Shown in pieces: positions 1-9,214 of a stretch of DNA of 36,694 nt (position 1 is its first letter; each line of letters opens with the position of its first letter). Both the position numbers and the translations under genes were made by a program. The DNA is taken from IMG/VR virus record IMGVR_UViG_3300014199_000367, positions 1-36,694 of that record. One strand, written 5' to 3'. The stretch is from a virus (Duplodnaviria > Caudoviricetes). Under the pieces are notes generated by a model. The model ran no database searches. It saw nothing but the letters and a program-made list of their open reading frames with translations, and had not been told where the DNA came from.

Positions 1-1284
1 TCAGAACGCCCCCCACCTTGCGGAATAGCTGCCATACTTGGCCAGCATCGCGGCTTCCCTCAGTTGGGCACGTGTTGTGCCCCATTTCTGAATCTGCTCC
101 TCAGCGCTGTAGTCGGCCATTTCATTCCATTGGCCGAGCGGCACACCGTACTTCATCGCCGGTTCCGCCGCTTCCGGTGCCGGGGCTTCGGGCGTTGCCG
201 GGGTCGTTTCCTCAAACTCCGGCGGTTCCGGCGCAGGCGCATTGGCCGGGGTCTCCGGGGTCGTCTCCTCGAACGACGGCGCTGCCAACTGCAAGGGCGC
301 GGGTCTGGCGGTCACCTGTCGCGGCTCGCCCGCGTCAACCACATCGCCCGGCTGCTCCGGCTGCCGCTCGGCGGGTTCGACAGGCAACACTTCGGGCGTA
401 ATCGGGCGGTTCCGCATCCACTGCGCCGCCTGTCCCGCCTTCGCATCCAAGTAGTCGTTCGCCCGGTTCCAAACCTGCTTCACGCCGGGAATCTCCGCGC
501 CCGCCGCGTGCGCGCCCGCCAGCGTGCCAAAGCCCAGGTCCGCTACGCCGCCGACCGTCAATTGCGCGATCTTCTTGTAATCACGCTCGCCGTCCGGCTT
601 GCGGATTTCCGCCAGCAGTTGCTGCGCGGTGTCTGGCGCTTGGCTCAGCATTTGCCCCGCAAAGCCGAGACTTACCACCCGCTGCGCCGCTTTCGGCAAC
701 GCCCCGATGCCCAGCGTCAAGGCCCCGGCCGGGCTTTGGAACGTCAGCGCTAAATCTTCCACGGCGTCCCCTGCCCCTTGGGCCAGCCGTTCCGCCACCG
801 GGGGGAGTGGTGCCACCTTGTCCGGGTCCAACCCGTGGGCCGTGGCCTTGGCCCGCATATCCATCACCGCCTGGTATTCGTTGTCCCGGATGCCTTGCAT
901 CGTCTGCACATATTCCGTCGTGGACTTCGGCGCGCTCCATGCCGTTTGCCACAACTGCCCGGCAAGGCCCGGCGTTTCAAGCTCCGGCGCTTTCTTCGAC
1001 GCGATAAACCGTCCCAACTGGTCTTGCTGTTCGGGCGTCTGGGCCAGCGGCGCCAGCGCTTGAATCGTCAAATCTGTCTCCGTGGGATGCAATGCCGAGT
1101 AATCGGCGAACGAAAGATTCGCCGGGTTGCGCAAGCCCGCCATCGCCGCCTGTCCGCCCTCGTCCACCCGCCGTTTTGCAATGTCCGGCTCAGTGTCCTC
1201 GAACGACGGCGGCGCGCTCGTGCTGTCCCACGTCGGCGTCTGTTCTTCCTGTGTCTCGTCCCAGGTGGGCGCGTCAGTTGGCAT
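1..1284 (-). CDS. Putative internal virion/DNA-ejection protein (possibly the N-terminal part of a larger protein)
   Basis: 427-aa Ala/Pro/Glu-rich ORF with repeated PTWD/PSFEET motifs; last of the ejection-gene cluster; overlaps upstream stop. Confidence 0.55.
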   Translation of the reverse strand: MPTDAPTWDETQEEQTPTWDSTSAPPSFEDTEPDIAKRRVDEGGQAAMAGLRNPANLSFADYSALHPTETDLTIQALAPLAQTPEQQDQLGRFIASKKAPELETPGLAGQLWQTAWSAPKSTTEYVQTMQGIRDNEYQAVMDMRAKATAHGLDPDKVAPLPPVAERLAQGAGDAVEDLALTFQSPAGALTLGIGALPKAAQRVVSLGFAGQMLSQAPDTAQQLLAEIRKPDGERDYKKIAQLTVGGVADLGFGTLAGAHAAGAEIPGVKQVWNRANDYLDAKAGQAAQWMRNRPITPEVLPVEPAERQPEQPGDVVDAGEPRQVTARPAPLQLAAPSFEETTPETPANAPAPEPPEFEETTPATPEAPAPEAAEPAMKYGVPLGQWNEMADYSAEEQIQKWGTTRAQLREAAMLAKYGSYSARWGAF

Positions 1285-2356
1285 AACGTAAGAACTGTTT
1301 CGTCTTCAGGTCGAAGACCGCCTTGCGCCCGTCTTTCGTCAGGCGTGTAACCTCGTTCGTTCCGGCCCCGCCCCCGCCGGCGGCGGGCGTGCCCGTGCCC
1401 CCGCCGCCCAACGCCCCCGCCAGCGCCTGCCCGGGGGTTTGTGCGCCCATCGTCTTGAGAATGCGCCCATTCTTGTCCGTCAGGACATTCACGCCGTTTA
1501 CCGCCGAGACCGTCGAGCCTTCCGGGTATCCCAATTCCTTCAATTGGGACCAGCTCTTGCCGTTCCAAAACATCTTGCCGTCCGGGGAATAAACCGGCTG
1601 GCTCTGCACCTTGGGCACCACAAAACCCTCGTTGCCATAGCCAGCCAGCGTGCTATCCGTACCAGGAATATCCGTGAATGTCGGCTTCGGGGCCGTCTTT
1701 TGCAGCCCTGCCGCCGTCGTCGGGTTGTTGATCTTATCCCACTGCGACAAACTGCTCATCACCTGTGGGAGAATGCGCCCGCTCATGCCGGGCGTATTCT
1801 TGGCCGCGTACTGCATCCGATCTTCTGGCGACATATCCACGTCCTCGCCCGTATCCGGGTCCGTGTCCTTCGGCGCGGTCAAATAGTTTTGCAGAAATTG
1901 CCCCGCCGTCGCGTCGTCCTTTGCCCGCTGCTCGCGCATATCGCCAAAACTCTGGTAATACTTTCCCCGCGCCAGTTGCTCCTGGATGTTGGCCTGCTGT
2001 TGCTGCTGCTGCCTTTGGGCCGCATGGCCCTGCACAAAGCCCTCCAAGTCCGACAAGCCCATCGAATGGCTGGCCGCGATGATCTGCTTTTGCTTGTCCG
2101 GGTCCGGCTCGTCCTGCGCGTACGCCTTCACCACCTGTCGCAGCGCCCTGGCCTTGTCGGCATCCGCCGTGTAATCCTTCACGCCCTCTTGCGCCCCCTG
2201 CGCGCCCGCCGCCCAGCGTTGGGCAAATGTCGGCGTGCCATTCGTGCCGTCGCCATTCACCACCTGTTGTGGGTTCGCAAAGCCGTTGACGAAGCCGCCC
2301 AGCGTTTGTCCAATGCTGGTGCCCGCCGCCTCCAAGTTAGGAGGTGTATATCCCAT
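1274..2356 (-). CDS. Putative internal virion/ejection protein
   Basis: 360 aa, Gly/Ala/Gln-rich with a poly-Q coiled coil; position after nozzle and GNAT-like genes as in podoviral ejection modules. Confidence 0.6.
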   Translation of the reverse strand: MGYTPPNLEAAGTSIGQTLGGFVNGFANPQQVVNGDGTNGTPTFAQRWAAGAQGAQEGVKDYTADADKARALRQVVKAYAQDEPDPDKQKQIIAASHSMGLSDLEGFVQGHAAQRQQQQQQANIQEQLARGKYYQSFGDMREQRAKDDATAGQFLQNYLTAPKDTDPDTGEDVDMSPEDRMQYAAKNTPGMSGRILPQVMSSLSQWDKINNPTTAAGLQKTAPKPTFTDIPGTDSTLAGYGNEGFVVPKVQSQPVYSPDGKMFWNGKSWSQLKELGYPEGSTVSAVNGVNVLTDKNGRILKTMGAQTPGQALAGALGGGGTGTPAAGGGGAGTNEVTRLTKDGRKAVFDLKTKQFLRYAN

Positions 2357-2357
2357 A

Positions 2358-2795
2358 TCAGTTCCCTTTCTCCGCTGCCGCGCAGGCCAGATTATACCCG
2401 CGCAATTCCAAGCTCACTTTTCGGCGGTGCTCCCAGCCGCCGCAAATGTCCGCCACCACCAAAATCAATTCCATCCCCACATGCCGCGCATAGTCCGCCC
2501 ACTCCCGTTTCGCCGGGTCGCTGCTGCGCTCCCATGCCACCGAATCCGCGTACGTGCTGATACAGGTCCGCATGGCCGTGTTCAGCGCCGCCGCGTGCCG
2601 CAGGAAGAACGGATGACAGTACACGTTCTGCCCCAGCACCATCGCCCGAATCGTCGCTTCCGGGTCGGGCCGCAAATCAATCACGTCGTCCGCCGCGTGA
2701 AAATACGCCAGCGTGCGCTGCACGAAATCTATCGCCAGTGCCTCCCCTTTGCAGGCGTGGTCAATCATTTCCCTTTCCATGTCCTCCGTCGTCAT
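2358..2795 (-). CDS. Conserved-looking phage protein with DDxxD motif (helical, isoprenoid-synthase-like motif), function unknown
   Basis: 145 aa, HAADDVID and HPFF motifs; ATG overlaps stop of upstream gene. Confidence 0.6.
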   Translation of the reverse strand: MTTEDMEREMIDHACKGEALAIDFVQRTLAYFHAADDVIDLRPDPEATIRAMVLGQNVYCHPFFLRHAAALNTAMRTCISTYADSVAWERSSDPAKREWADYARHVGMELILVVADICGGWEHRRKVSLELRGYNLACAAAEKGN

Positions 2796-3628
2796 AGGTT
2801 CTTCATTGCCCCAAGGACGCCATTCAGCGCGCCACTGCCCGCGTCCACCCCCATTGAAATGCCCGCGTTATTGTTCATCGCGCTGTCTTCGCTCACCGCC
2901 AGTTGATTGCTCATGATATTCGTCAAGTCCGTCTGCGGGTTGAACTCGTTGGATTGCGCACTCGCCGCCGAACTGCCCCCGAACGATGCCAGGCTTCCCG
3001 CCGACATTCCCGCATTGCTGTCCATCCCGGAAATTGCCGCCGTGGGATTCCCATAGAATCCCTGAAGTGTCGGCACCAGCCCTTGCGCCTCCCCCATGCG
3101 TTGCTGGTAAAGTTGCTGCCCGTAATTCGTGTCCGCCATGGACTCGTTGAACACGTCCGATGGCCCGTAGCCCAGGCCCCGCGCCGCCTCCCCGCCGCGC
3201 ACGCTCTGGTTCATTTGCAATTGTTCCGCTGGCGTCAACTGCGTCCCGTAGCTCAATTGCTGGTTCGCGTTGCTCGTCAGCGTGTCCAACAGCCCCGCCG
3301 CGCCCGGATTTGCCGCCCGCTCTTCGGAAATGTATTGCGGTGTCAGCGCCGCCGCGTCGGTCAAATTCGCCTGCCGGATTTGCGTGTTCGCCGCCGTTTG
3401 CGCGCTCGTCAAATCTGGCATGATCGTATTCTCATACGTGCTCAGGAAGCCCGGCTGCCCGTTTTGGCCGCCCAAAAACGAATTCAAATTGCTCAAGTCC
3501 AGTTGCGTGTACAACGGGCTGTAAGCCGCGTTCGCCGCATAAACCTGCGGCGCGTATTTGACTTCCGCCGCCAGTGTTTGCCCCATGCCCGTGTTGGGGG
3601 TGGGGGTGGATGGATTCTCAAAACACAT
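2792..3628 (-). CDS. Putative internal virion/ejection (pilot-like) protein
   Basis: 278 aa, Gln/Ala/Gly/Ser-rich, AARGLGYG motif, Gly-rich hydrophobic C-terminus. Confidence 0.62.
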   Translation of the reverse strand: MCFENPSTPTPNTGMGQTLAAEVKYAPQVYAANAAYSPLYTQLDLSNLNSFLGGQNGQPGFLSTYENTIMPDLTSAQTAANTQIRQANLTDAAALTPQYISEERAANPGAAGLLDTLTSNANQQLSYGTQLTPAEQLQMNQSVRGGEAARGLGYGPSDVFNESMADTNYGQQLYQQRMGEAQGLVPTLQGFYGNPTAAISGMDSNAGMSAGSLASFGGSSAASAQSNEFNPQTDLTNIMSNQLAVSEDSAMNNNAGISMGVDAGSGALNGVLGAMKNL

Positions 3629-3629
3629 A

Positions 3630-3996
3630 TCAAAATTCCTTCCTGAACAGCCGCACGTCGCCCAGCGGCTTGTAGCCCATTCGTTCCATGAACGGCAGCA
3701 GCGGACTCGTCAGCGAGCACGGGCAGGCAATGACGCCCCCCCATCTGCCGCAACGCTTCTTCCGCCTGCCGCCACGCCCGGAAGCTTTCCGGCCCGCTCA
3801 ATTTATGGGTGTCCAGCCAGGCGTACATCATCCGCACTTTGCCCAGGCTGGCATACCCCACCATGTCCCCGCCCCGCGTGATCGCGTGCGTCGGGTCAAT
3901 CACGGCATGGTTGCCATCGGCCCGCGCCGCCTCCGCCAGCGCGGGCCATTGGTCCAGCGTCATCGGTGCCAGCAAAATGGGTGGCCTAGAATTCAT
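3630..3996 (-). pseudogene. GNAT-like phage protein (T7 gp13-position type) interrupted by a +1 frameshift in a G7 run
   Basis: Removing one G at 3736-3742 gives ...QMGGVIACPCSLTSPLLPFMERMGYKPLGDVRLFRKEF* ending at TGA 3630-3632, one base before the next ATG (3628). Confidence 0.65.
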
Positions 3997-4996
3997 AGCC
4001 AGTAATCAGCAGCCGGTTGATCCCACCCGTCGTGGACGACTTCACAAAGACCGTCTGCGGCGTCGTCACCGCCACGTCAAAGAACGCCGCGCCCACCGAA
4101 AACCCGTCCAGCACCGCCGCCCCGGTCCCCACTCCGTAGCACGCCCCCGTCCCGTTCGCGTCATTCGCCACCCCGCATCCCCCTGCCCCCACCGTGCCCA
4201 CCATGCCGTAGGCCCGCTTGGCGATGACCGGCAGCCCGGAAACCGTCCCGCCCGTGGGATTCGTGGTTTGCGCCGCCCACCCCGTCGTCAGCACTTGGCT
4301 GGTGAAAATCACCGATTCCTGCGTGTACATCCGCCGGTTGAAGGCCCGGAAATACGGGAATTGGTTGCTCGTATTCGTGAACACCGCGCCCACCAAGGCG
4401 TAATACGTGTAGCCGGTTGGCAGCGCCGCAGGCGCAGGCTGGCCGGTTGAAATCAACGCCTGCACCGTGGGCGTCGTCGCCGTCGGCCCGTTGCTGATGA
4501 CATAGACGTAATACCATGTGCTCGCCGCCACCGTCCCCGTGTCCAGCCCGTTGACGCCACTGGCCAGGCTGTTGGCGGTCACGTTCACATTGCGCACCCG
4601 GTAATAATTGTCGTTCGCATCCTTCAAAACCAATTCGTCCGCCGTCGTCGTCACCTGCGTCAGCGGCGTGGTGGCATTGTTCGTGCAAACGCAATTGGTC
4701 CTGCCCGCCACCGGCCCGGCTGCCTGCGACACAAACAAGTTGCTCAAGAACCCCGCCGCAAACGGGGCCGCGCCCGTGCCGTCCGGCGTGAACGTGCCCG
4801 TGGCCACCTTCGCTTCCGTCACCGCCCCGTCCGCCAAAATCGGCGTCGTCACCGCCTGCGCGCCAAGCTGCTGCGTGCTCAACTGCCCTTGCAACTGAAT
4901 CGCAGGCTGCCCCAAGGCATTCAGCTTCGCGTTTGTCAACAGTTCGCCCGTCGTGAATTGATACCCCGGAGTAAGTGCAATACTGATGGCGCTCAT
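3986..4996 (-). CDS. Tail fibre/tail-associated protein
   Basis: 336 aa, Thr/Gly-rich; LADGAVTEAKV repeat-like segment and GLDTGTVAASTWYYVYVI...LPTGYTYYALVG motif typical of phage fibre domains; ATGA overlap with nozzle gene. Confidence 0.7.
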   Translation of the reverse strand: MSAISIALTPGYQFTTGELLTNAKLNALGQPAIQLQGQLSTQQLGAQAVTTPILADGAVTEAKVATGTFTPDGTGAAPFAAGFLSNLFVSQAAGPVAGRTNCVCTNNATTPLTQVTTTADELVLKDANDNYYRVRNVNVTANSLASGVNGLDTGTVAASTWYYVYVISNGPTATTPTVQALISTGQPAPAALPTGYTYYALVGAVFTNTSNQFPYFRAFNRRMYTQESVIFTSQVLTTGWAAQTTNPTGGTVSGLPVIAKRAYGMVGTVGAGGCGVANDANGTGACYGVGTGAAVLDGFSVGAAFFDVAVTTPQTVFVKSSTTGGINRLLITGYEF

Positions 4997-7900
4997 ACAA
5001 TTGGTCCCTTGATGTCCATGCCCGGCTCCGCGTCAATGCGCAGGCCCGCCAACTTCATTTTCCCCTGGGTGTTGGTAATCGCCACCTGGTAGCTCTTGCC
5101 GCCCAGCCTGCCCACCCGCCGCGTGTCCAAAGCCTCCTGGAATTGGTCCACCACCAACCCACTGCCAAGGTTCAGCCCCGCAAAAGTTGCCACCGTGGCC
5201 GTGCATAGCACGTTAAACGGTCCGCCGCCAGGTTGGGGAGCCATGCCCAGGCTGCAAACCTCTACCGTCGCCACGAAGGTTCCCGCGCCGTACAGCCTCG
5301 TTGCCCCGCATTGCAGAAAAGCATCATTCGGCCCCGGCGTGTACAGATAGGTGGCTCCCACTGTCAGCCCCACTAAACACGAATAGTTGTTCCCCTGCGT
5401 GTAAAACTGGCAGCTCGGCACCAAGTTCGGTCCGGTCACCGTGGCCAGCGTCACGCTGTAATCCTCCCGCCAAGGCGTGTTCCAATCATTGTTGATGTTC
5501 GTCGGGTTCCAATTCTGCGCCGTAAACGGACGGTCATACTTGATATTGCTCCGCGTCACGTTCGTCGCGCAGGTCGTAACATTGTTTACCCCCGTGTACA
5601 CCACCTGCACCGTGTAGCACGGGTTGAACGTCGCCAGCGAAAGCCCCGTCTCGGTCGGTCGTGGCAAGCCCTTGACGCTCGCCCCGTACGCCCGGCTCAG
5701 TGCGTAAGTCGTAATCGGCACCCATGCCAACCCCTGCGGGCCGTTCCCCGCCACCTGGTCGTCACAGTCGCTTTCCTCCATCAGATTCACGTAGCCGCTC
5801 GGGTCGAGAAAAAAGTGCCGGTCTTCCCCGTTCAGCGTCAGCCGGTGAAACTCCATCACCTGCATTGCGCTCCCCGTGTCCAGCCCCGCCCACCCCTGCG
5901 TCATCACGCCCGATTCCCAAACATTGTTGCCCATGCGGACGGAGGCCTTGAAATCGTAAACCAAAATGCACGGCCCGATGTTCTGCACGTACACCGACAG
6001 GTAAAGCTTGTTGTCCCAATGCGACATGCGGAACGTGTCCGCCTTCGTCCAATCAATCGCGTCCATCGTCGGCTGAATCGGCGCGCTCAACGGCACGTTG
6101 ACCGACAACATCACTCCCAAATCCGTTTGCCGGATGACCATGACCCCGTACGTGGGCGATAGGAAATAGGCATTGCTGCCCACCACCGCCCAGCTTCGCG
6201 GCCCGGCTGCGCCATATTCCGTGCTGCGCACGTCCAGCGTCACCCCGCTCAAATCGCCCGTGATTCCGCTCAACAGCGCCCACGACTTGTCCTTCAACAC
6301 CACCACTTGCCCGCTCGTGCTGCTGCTGCCGAATTTGAACAGGTCCACAATCTCGTCACTGCCGCCCTGGTTGATGCGGAACTCGTCCATGAACGTGAAA
6401 TGGATATAGTCCTCGTAATTCGTCGCCACGATGAAATCCACCTTGCCGTAACTGCCCCCGTTAAACGTCTGGTAATTGTCCACGCTGCTTGGCTCGTACG
6501 CCGTGGGCACCAGCAACAGGTTGTTGACGAACAGCGCCGTGTCGGCGTTGGGCAGGATGTTGTAACAGCGCTGCCACGCGCTCGGATTCGTATCCGGCGT
6601 TTGCCCCGCCAGCACCCGGCTCGTCTGCGCCACATACACCAAGCCCGCCGTGGCATTGGCACCCGGAGCGCTCCCCATCGTGTAAACAAACGTGTTCGGC
6701 CCCGTCACCGTGATACTAAACGTCCCGTTGTAGGCCGCCTGCGGCACCGCGCTGATGGTCACGTAATCGCCCGTCACGAAGTTGTGCGGACTCTGTGTGG
6801 TCGCCACCGCCGTTTGCAGGTTCGTGGTCGTCACTGTGATCGTCCCCGTCGCTGGCGACGTGGTCCCGGCCGTCATGACATAGGTGAACTGGCTGGAATT
6901 CAGCACCGTCACGTTAAACGTCCCGTTATAGGGCGAACCCGCAGGCGCGGCCCCGGCAATCGTGACCGACTGCCCGGTAGTCAGCCCGTGCCCAAATCGC
7001 GTGGCCGTCGCCAAAGTGTTGTTCGGCGGTGTCATGAGGGGCGAGCCGGTTGCCGCCCCGCTCGGCACCGTCGCCATAAAATAAGTGAACGTCGTGGCAC
7101 TCAACACCGTCACCACGGCTGCCGCCACGTTGTAGGCCGTTTGATTTGCGCCGCTCATGGCGACGGTCCACCCCGAAGTCAATCCGTGCGCCGTGGCCGT
7201 CGTCGCCGTCGCCAGCAGGGTTGCCGCCGCCGACCAAGTTGCCGACGTGCTGGTTTCATTCCCGCTCGGCGCTTGCACCAAGGTGTACGTGAACGTGTTC
7301 CCATCCGGCACCGTCGCCACCGTAAAAGTGCCGTTGTAGGCCGCGTGTGTCGCGCCCGTGATCGTCACCGAAGCCCCCACCACCAAGCCGTGATTCGGGC
7401 TGATGCACGTCGCCACCCCGTTCGCTTTGGTAAAGGACGAAATCGCCACGTTGGTGCGGGCGCAGGTGATCGTTGCCGCCAGCGCCGCCGGGCTGGTCAA
7501 GCTGGTCAGTTGGAACTGCAACCCCACTTGCTGCGTCAGACTGGTAATGTTCGCCGTGCTGCCCAGCGCCGTCCAATAATACGCGTTGTTGGTGACTTGA
7601 ATCGTGCCCGTTGCCTGCGCCACCGTCACGTAACTCAACACATACGTGAACGTGTAGCCGTCCACCACCGTAATCGGAAACCGGCCATTGAACGTGTTTT
7701 CATTCGCCCCCGCAATCGTCACGTCTGCGCCCGTCACATAGCCATGGGGTGCCACCGTCACGCACGTCGCCACCCCGTTGGCCCACGTTAAAGCGCTTAC
7801 CGCCTGATACGGTCCATAAGACATTTCATCTGCCGTCTGCCCCGCCGCCGTCACCGCCGCGTTATACACCGTCGTCGGGTCGTACTGCGGCAGCAAATCC

Positions 7901-8370
7901 GTAAACCCCGTGTCAATGTCCGCCAGCAGCAGCGGGGCGAGATACCGGCCCCGGAACAGGAAAAGCTGGTCAAATGCCTGGACAAACCGGCACGGCCCGG
8001 CAATCGCCACCCCCTGCGGAATCGGCACCGTCGTATTGTAGTTATGCGGGCAGGTACACCACACATAGCCGCCCGCCGCCACCAACTGCCATTCCACTCC
8101 GTTTGGGTCGCGGAATACGCCGCTCCCATACGGCGTGCCCAGCCCCGTGATTCCCAGCCCGCCGATGGTGGTGGCATTCGCCCAGGCCGGTTTGGTCACC
8201 CCCTTTCGAGTTTGCGGCACCCCATCCGAAAACCGCAGATTCCGGCCATCGTTCAACAGGCCCGCCGACAGTGTGCGGGCGTCCCGTTGATCTACTGCCC
8301 ACAGCAGCGCTTCCCCCGTGTCGGCGGGTTTCGCCTGCTGAATCGAAGCAATGTTCGGATTGGCAATCAT
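4993..8370 (-). CDS. Tail nozzle/tubular protein B-like (P22 gp10/T7 gp12 position) with five inserted beta-repeat modules
   Basis: 1125 aa; N-terminal NLRFSDGVPQTRKG and propeller-like segments; five HG(L/Y)xxGxxVTIxGA...YNG.F.VTV...TFTY repeats. Confidence 0.68.
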   Translation of the reverse strand: MIANPNIASIQQAKPADTGEALLWAVDQRDARTLSAGLLNDGRNLRFSDGVPQTRKGVTKPAWANATTIGGLGITGLGTPYGSGVFRDPNGVEWQLVAAGGYVWCTCPHNYNTTVPIPQGVAIAGPCRFVQAFDQLFLFRGRYLAPLLLADIDTGFTDLLPQYDPTTVYNAAVTAAGQTADEMSYGPYQAVSALTWANGVATCVTVAPHGYVTGADVTIAGANENTFNGRFPITVVDGYTFTYVLSYVTVAQATGTIQVTNNAYYWTALGSTANITSLTQQVGLQFQLTSLTSPAALAATITCARTNVAISSFTKANGVATCISPNHGLVVGASVTITGATHAAYNGTFTVATVPDGNTFTYTLVQAPSGNETSTSATWSAAATLLATATTATAHGLTSGWTVAMSGANQTAYNVAAAVVTVLSATTFTYFMATVPSGAATGSPLMTPPNNTLATATRFGHGLTTGQSVTIAGAAPAGSPYNGTFNVTVLNSSQFTYVMTAGTTSPATGTITVTTTNLQTAVATTQSPHNFVTGDYVTISAVPQAAYNGTFSITVTGPNTFVYTMGSAPGANATAGLVYVAQTSRVLAGQTPDTNPSAWQRCYNILPNADTALFVNNLLLVPTAYEPSSVDNYQTFNGGSYGKVDFIVATNYEDYIHFTFMDEFRINQGGSDEIVDLFKFGSSSTSGQVVVLKDKSWALLSGITGDLSGVTLDVRSTEYGAAGPRSWAVVGSNAYFLSPTYGVMVIRQTDLGVMLSVNVPLSAPIQPTMDAIDWTKADTFRMSHWDNKLYLSVYVQNIGPCILVYDFKASVRMGNNVWESGVMTQGWAGLDTGSAMQVMEFHRLTLNGEDRHFFLDPSGYVNLMEESDCDDQVAGNGPQGLAWVPITTYALSRAYGASVKGLPRPTETGLSLATFNPCYTVQVVYTGVNNVTTCATNVTRSNIKYDRPFTAQNWNPTNINNDWNTPWREDYSVTLATVTGPNLVPSCQFYTQGNNYSCLVGLTVGATYLYTPGPNDAFLQCGATRLYGAGTFVATVEVCSLGMAPQPGGGPFNVLCTATVATFAGLNLGSGLVVDQFQEALDTRRVGRLGGKSYQVAITNTQGKMKLAGLRIDAEPGMDIKGPIV
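6670..7790 (-). repeat. Five tandem ~65-aa protein repeats (HGLxxGxxVTIxGA...NGTF...TFTY) within the nozzle gene
   Basis: Repeats start at PHGYVTG, NHGLVVG, AHGLTSG, GHGLTTG and PHNFVTG in the translation. Confidence 0.85.
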
Positions 8371-8374
8371 CGCC

Positions 8375-9001
8375 TTACTTGCCTGCCGTCACCACGCCAT
8401 TGGTCGTTGTCACGGACGCGTTCCCCGTCAAGATGTCGGTTTCGTCCCAGGCTGCCGTATCCACCCCCGCCACGCCGTTCGTGGCCACCCCGCCCGCCAA
8501 GGCGTTCGCGTTCGCCGTGCCGCGTGTCCGCATCCGCACGGCCACGTCCGTCGTTGTCACCGGCCCCGCGTTCGTCGTGGTCGGTTGGAACACGTCCGCG
8601 TGCTTCCACATGCCGCCAATGAACGTCAGCCCAAGAAACGATTCGCCGCCCGAGTACGGGATGGGCACCGCCATGTTGACGTACGCGCCCGTCCCCGATG
8701 TGGCTTGCGAAATTTGGTAGCTCTTGCACCCGGCCAGCGCCAGCACCGCCACCACCAGCAGCGTCACCACGGACGCGCCGCCCTTGCCGTCGCCTTCGTC
8801 GAACAGCGCCCGCAGTTCCGCCGCAATCGCCTGCCGCTTGTCCCACAGGGAATGCAGCACCGCCGCCAGCACGCACAGCGCGCCGTAAACCTTGTCCGGC
8901 TCGTCGCTCGTCAGGAAGCCCTTGGTCACCAGCCACGCGCCTGCGGCGTTCAGCGCATGCCGCGCAATCGCCCTCACAATTTCCGATTTAATCCAGTTCA
9001 T
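8375..9001 (-). CDS. Putative holin-like N-terminus fused to a lipoprotein (lipobox LAGC); candidate lysis/spanin protein
   Basis: IARHALNAAGAWLVTKG...GALCVLAAVLHSLWDK two-TM holin-like block, then VVTLLVVAVLALAGC lipoprotein signal and a beta-rich tail. Confidence 0.55.
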   Translation of the reverse strand: MNWIKSEIVRAIARHALNAAGAWLVTKGFLTSDEPDKVYGALCVLAAVLHSLWDKRQAIAAELRALFDEGDGKGGASVVTLLVVAVLALAGCKSYQISQATSGTGAYVNMAVPIPYSGGESFLGLTFIGGMWKHADVFQPTTTNAGPVTTTDVAVRMRTRGTANANALAGGVATNGVAGVDTAAWDETDILTGNASVTTTNGVVTAGK

Positions 9002-9038
9002 ACCCTGTTGCCCTTTCTAGTTGTTGTTTGTCGTCAAA

Positions 9039-9209
9039 TCAGTCCTGCGGCGGCTCATTCCGGTGTTGCCATTCCCGCCGCAACTTCAGCAGCCACACCA
9101 CCAGCGCCACCGTGCCCACCAGCCCGCCCACAATGGCGTCGTAATGCGCAATCAGCCACGTTCCCGCCGTTGACAGCGTGCCCGCCGCCAGTACCGTTAA
9201 ATTTTTCAT
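9039..9209 (-). CDS. Small membrane protein, putative holin
   Basis: 56 aa from ATG 9209, hydrophobic segments and a charged C-terminus (KLRREWQHR); adjacent to the other lysis-like gene. Confidence 0.55.
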   Translation of the reverse strand: MKNLTVLAAGTLSTAGTWLIAHYDAIVGGLVGTVALVVWLLKLRREWQHRNEPPQD

Positions 9210-9214
9210 CTCGT

